Source: Vitrella brassicaformis CCMP3155 (Eukaryota; Protista; Chromerida). From it: a stretch of DNA of 64,000 nucleotides. Below the pieces are notes generated by a model. That model was not told the DNA's origin. It did not search any database and saw only the letters and a list, made by a program, of their open reading frames with translations. Below, piece after piece: positions 61,401 to 64,000 of this stretch. Each line of letters opens with the position of its first letter. Position 1 is the first letter of the stretch. The position numbers were made by a program, and so were the translations under genes. The stretch lies in NCBI GenBank assembly GCA_001179505.1, contig CDMY01001036.1, positions 62,001 to 126,000 of the forward strand, in the 5' to 3' direction.

Positions 61401-61767
61401 ATCGGCCTTGCAGCAGCTGCGGGCCCTCAGCAAGAAGGCGAGCGAGCAACAGGGCATTCTGCAGCAGAAGGAGCGTGCAGCCGCCGAGCAGGCCATGCAA
61501 GACGGCACCTGTGTCGCCTGTCTCGAGCGGCCTCCCTCAGTGGTCTTCTTCCCCTGCAAGCAGAGGTGTCTGTGTGCCGGTTGCTGGGCTGAGATGTCGC
61601 ACAACCACGAGCGGGCCAAACGTGAGATGGAGCGACTGAGGCGGCGGGGTGTGCCGGACAAGGCGATGCCCATGTGGGTGCAGATCGATGGCGTGCTCAA
61701 GTGCCCTGCGTGCCTCACCAGGGCCGTGTATGCCACCGATCTGGAGGGCGTGAAAGCCACCACGTGA
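58443..61767 (+). CDS. ARM-like repeat + predicted transmembrane helix + coiled-coil + RING variant protein, paralog 2
   Basis: MEILLPVLLGLISLPAGSG (signal-like); GAIPSLVEALG, WGGVPLLMKLL...IRTAATKTLRNM (ARM-like); WVGAALLGLVALSVVCAVVVRPLI (TM); LTEYRLSVIDTATDVEAFKRDIT shared with paralog 1; CVACLERPPSVVFFPCKQRCLCAGCW...LKCPAC. May be two genes. Confidence 0.65.
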
Positions 61768-62594
61768 CTGACGTAGAGTAGAGAGGGGAGGGAGCGAGCA
61801 GGCAGGCAGGTTTCGCTACCGTCTTGCGTGCATTCATGGCCCTCACAGCATATATGGTTTTCGGTATCTCCTTGTGTGTACAGCGATGAATCCATCAGAC
61901 CATCTGATGGGCACCTTTATATATATCCATGTGTTGGTATGTATGGGCTTTGTCGAATCGGGTTGTGTGTTCTCTTCCTCCTCCTGACGTCTCTCTGTCG
62001 CTTAGTCATCATCTGAGCTTCACGTGTGCAGTGCGTACTGTATTTGTGCCATGCCTTACTTGCGCCGTGGACATGCTTCTCGCGGCGCGAGCCATCAGTA
62101 AGTAAGTGGGTCATGCGGTGCAGGCAGTCGTGTGCGTTGCCGTGCGTGTTGTGACATTTGTGGTTGGGGCAGACGACATGTATGTCGCTCTATCAAATGT
62201 GATGTGCTGTGTGCAGCAGACGGGTGTCTGTCTGTCTGTCTCTCATTGCACACTAACACCCACACAGACAGGGCACACACCACCAACAAGGATACAAACA
62301 CGGTATAGCCATCCCTCCATCCCTGCAGTCACTCCTGCCTCTACCACACCACATGTCGCCCTCCTGCTGCCATAACTGTACCAGCAACCCCCTACACCCA
62401 CCTTTCACCCCTCTCTCTGTGTGTGTGCGTATCACGGGCGCGTACCCACTCAGCCACTCAGATGAAAATGACATTATTGTCACTTAATTGCCCACTTCCC
62501 TCCCTTCCCCGCCCCGCCCCCCTCCCATCCCTCTCTCTGCGTGTCGGTGTATGTGTGTGTGTTATTCCTTCCTCGGTGACGGAAGTGATGTGTG

Positions 62595-63462
62595 TCAGAA
62601 GAACACGAGTTGTCGTGCGGGCGGTGTGATGCGGCCCGCCTTGAGGTTGGCGATGTCCTCGGGGGTAAGCTCCGTCAGCAGCAAACGGTACTTGTTCACA
62701 AGACGCATCACCTGTAGGTGAGTGACGCACACACCACCACACACAGGGATGTGCACACGATTGGTTGGTTGACGGACGGCAGGTCAGTCATCTCATCTCA
62801 TCGAACCCACCCACCCATATTTCGATGAGGACGAAGAGGAAGTAGAGGAGGGCGGTGAGCCAGCCGCCACTGTAGTTCGCAATCAACAGGATGGCTGACA
62901 GACAGACAGACAGACCCACCTCGACTCGAGAGCTGCTCGCTTGGCATGGCGTGTGCGCGTTTGTGTGCGTCTGTCTGTTTCGTAGATGCCATGCATACCG
63001 ACAGCTATCCTTGCCGCGATAGAAAAGCAAAGGTACCCCAGGTAGCCCCACACCTGCGGAGCACACAGATACACAGATACACACACACACAGGGACAGCG
63101 AATGAGCGGCCATCCATCCATCCATCCATCCATTGTGTGTTTGTGGACTGCGTACGAAGATGCGGTTATATGTCCACCCCGCGATGAGACCGCACAGAGC
63201 AAAGGGAGTCAGCAAAAGAAACCTTCAAACACACACACACACAAACACGGAGAGAGAGAGAGGGTGACAGACACTCCCTCGTCTCGTTTGTTGCCTTACA
63301 CCTGTCCTGTGTTGGCCAACCCAATACAGACTCACTCACCATCTGAAGCTTCGGTTCATGGCCCAGGTGACGCATATCAGCAAATCCAACACGCTCAGAC
63401 ACATAACCGTCCTGCTCAGCTGATACGCCAACAACACCTTGCCCTCAGCTGAATGAATGAAC

Positions 63463-63493
<31 letters not shown>

Positions 63494-64000
63494 TGTGGTT
63501 GGCTCTCGGTTTGTTCTCGCCTTCCCCCGCCCACCAGGTGTGAGCGCAGAGACGGCAATGACGCCCATGGTGCCCGGCGGCCCGCCATAGTTGCCCATGG
63601 CCATGCCCGTTGGCCCGAACCCCACTGGCTGCCCCACCACTGTCGGCTGAGGGCCGCCAGTCATCGCTGTGGGAGCAGACGAACCCGGCCTGCGGGCACG
63701 TCATGACAGAGAGAGAAGAGATGATGACAATACGCGTGTGCGCGTGTGCGCGTGTGCGTGTAGGTGTGAGAGATGGCTGCTTACATGTGTCCCATGGCTA
63801 TGCCTCCGGCTGAGGGGACGTGTTGGTGTCTGTCTGTCGCCACGCCCATGAACTCCTCCTGCTGGAGATGACGCGCCTGACATTCACGCGCACACACACA
63901 CACAAATGTTGTCATGCGTGTCATGAGATGGAGTGTTCCGTGCTCTATGCGTGTATGTGTGTGCGTGTGTCTGTCTGTGGCGTACCAGCTCCTCATCGTT
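62595..64000 (-). CDS. Multi-pass membrane protein of unknown function, 5' end outside the window
   Basis: Exons: Gly/Pro-rich N-part, AEGKVLLAYQLSRTVMCLSVLDLLICVTW, LTPFALCGLIAGWTYNRIF|VWGYLGYLCFSIAARIAVG, LLIANYSGGWLTALLYFLFVLIEIW|VMRLVNKYRLLLTELTPEDIANLK...VFF*; about 4 hydrophobic helices. Confidence 0.7.

Noticed and set aside
62253-62483. Cys-rich minus-strand ORF ending CLYPCWWCVPCLCGC
   Set aside because: Cys/Val richness is expected from TG-repeat-rich DNA, and no supported start or splice link was found.
1-64000. tRNA, rRNA, CRISPR arrays or autonomous mobile elements
   Set aside because: No cloverleaf, rRNA-like or repeat-spacer pattern or transposase motif was seen by eye; a tRNAscan/Infernal/RepeatModeler run would be needed to exclude them formally.

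Overview
Intron-rich eukaryotic nuclear DNA: GC-rich exons and short GT-AG introns packed with (CA/GT)n, (GACA)n, (GGAT)n and (GA)n microsatellites. The style and gene content point to the chromerid alga Vitrella brassicaformis or a close relative (inference). I reconstructed about 22 multi-exon genes by hand. Recognisable products: monoacylglycerol lipase-like hydrolase, tandem CCCH zinc-finger protein, P-loop protein, Aurora-like kinase, FkbM methyltransferase, GH9 endoglucanase, SHMT, CLC-family protein, GMC oxidoreductase, ThiM, a divergent PRMT-like protein and two paralogous helical-repeat/coiled-coil/RING proteins. Also present: three dispersed copies of a lineage-specific gene family (two disrupted), two local tandem duplications and two 300-N scaffold gaps. 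The most striking observation is a CLC-fold protein whose four canonical anion-filter/gating motifs are all replaced (GSGIP->GDAVI, GREGP->GIITP, GIFAP->DLVDP, central Tyr->His). Next are the mosaic constant/hypervariable family, a possible receptor-like membrane RING ligase and a likely pseudo-PRMT. No rRNA, tRNA, CRISPR array or recognisable transposase was seen. Exon boundaries are manual predictions without RNA evidence.
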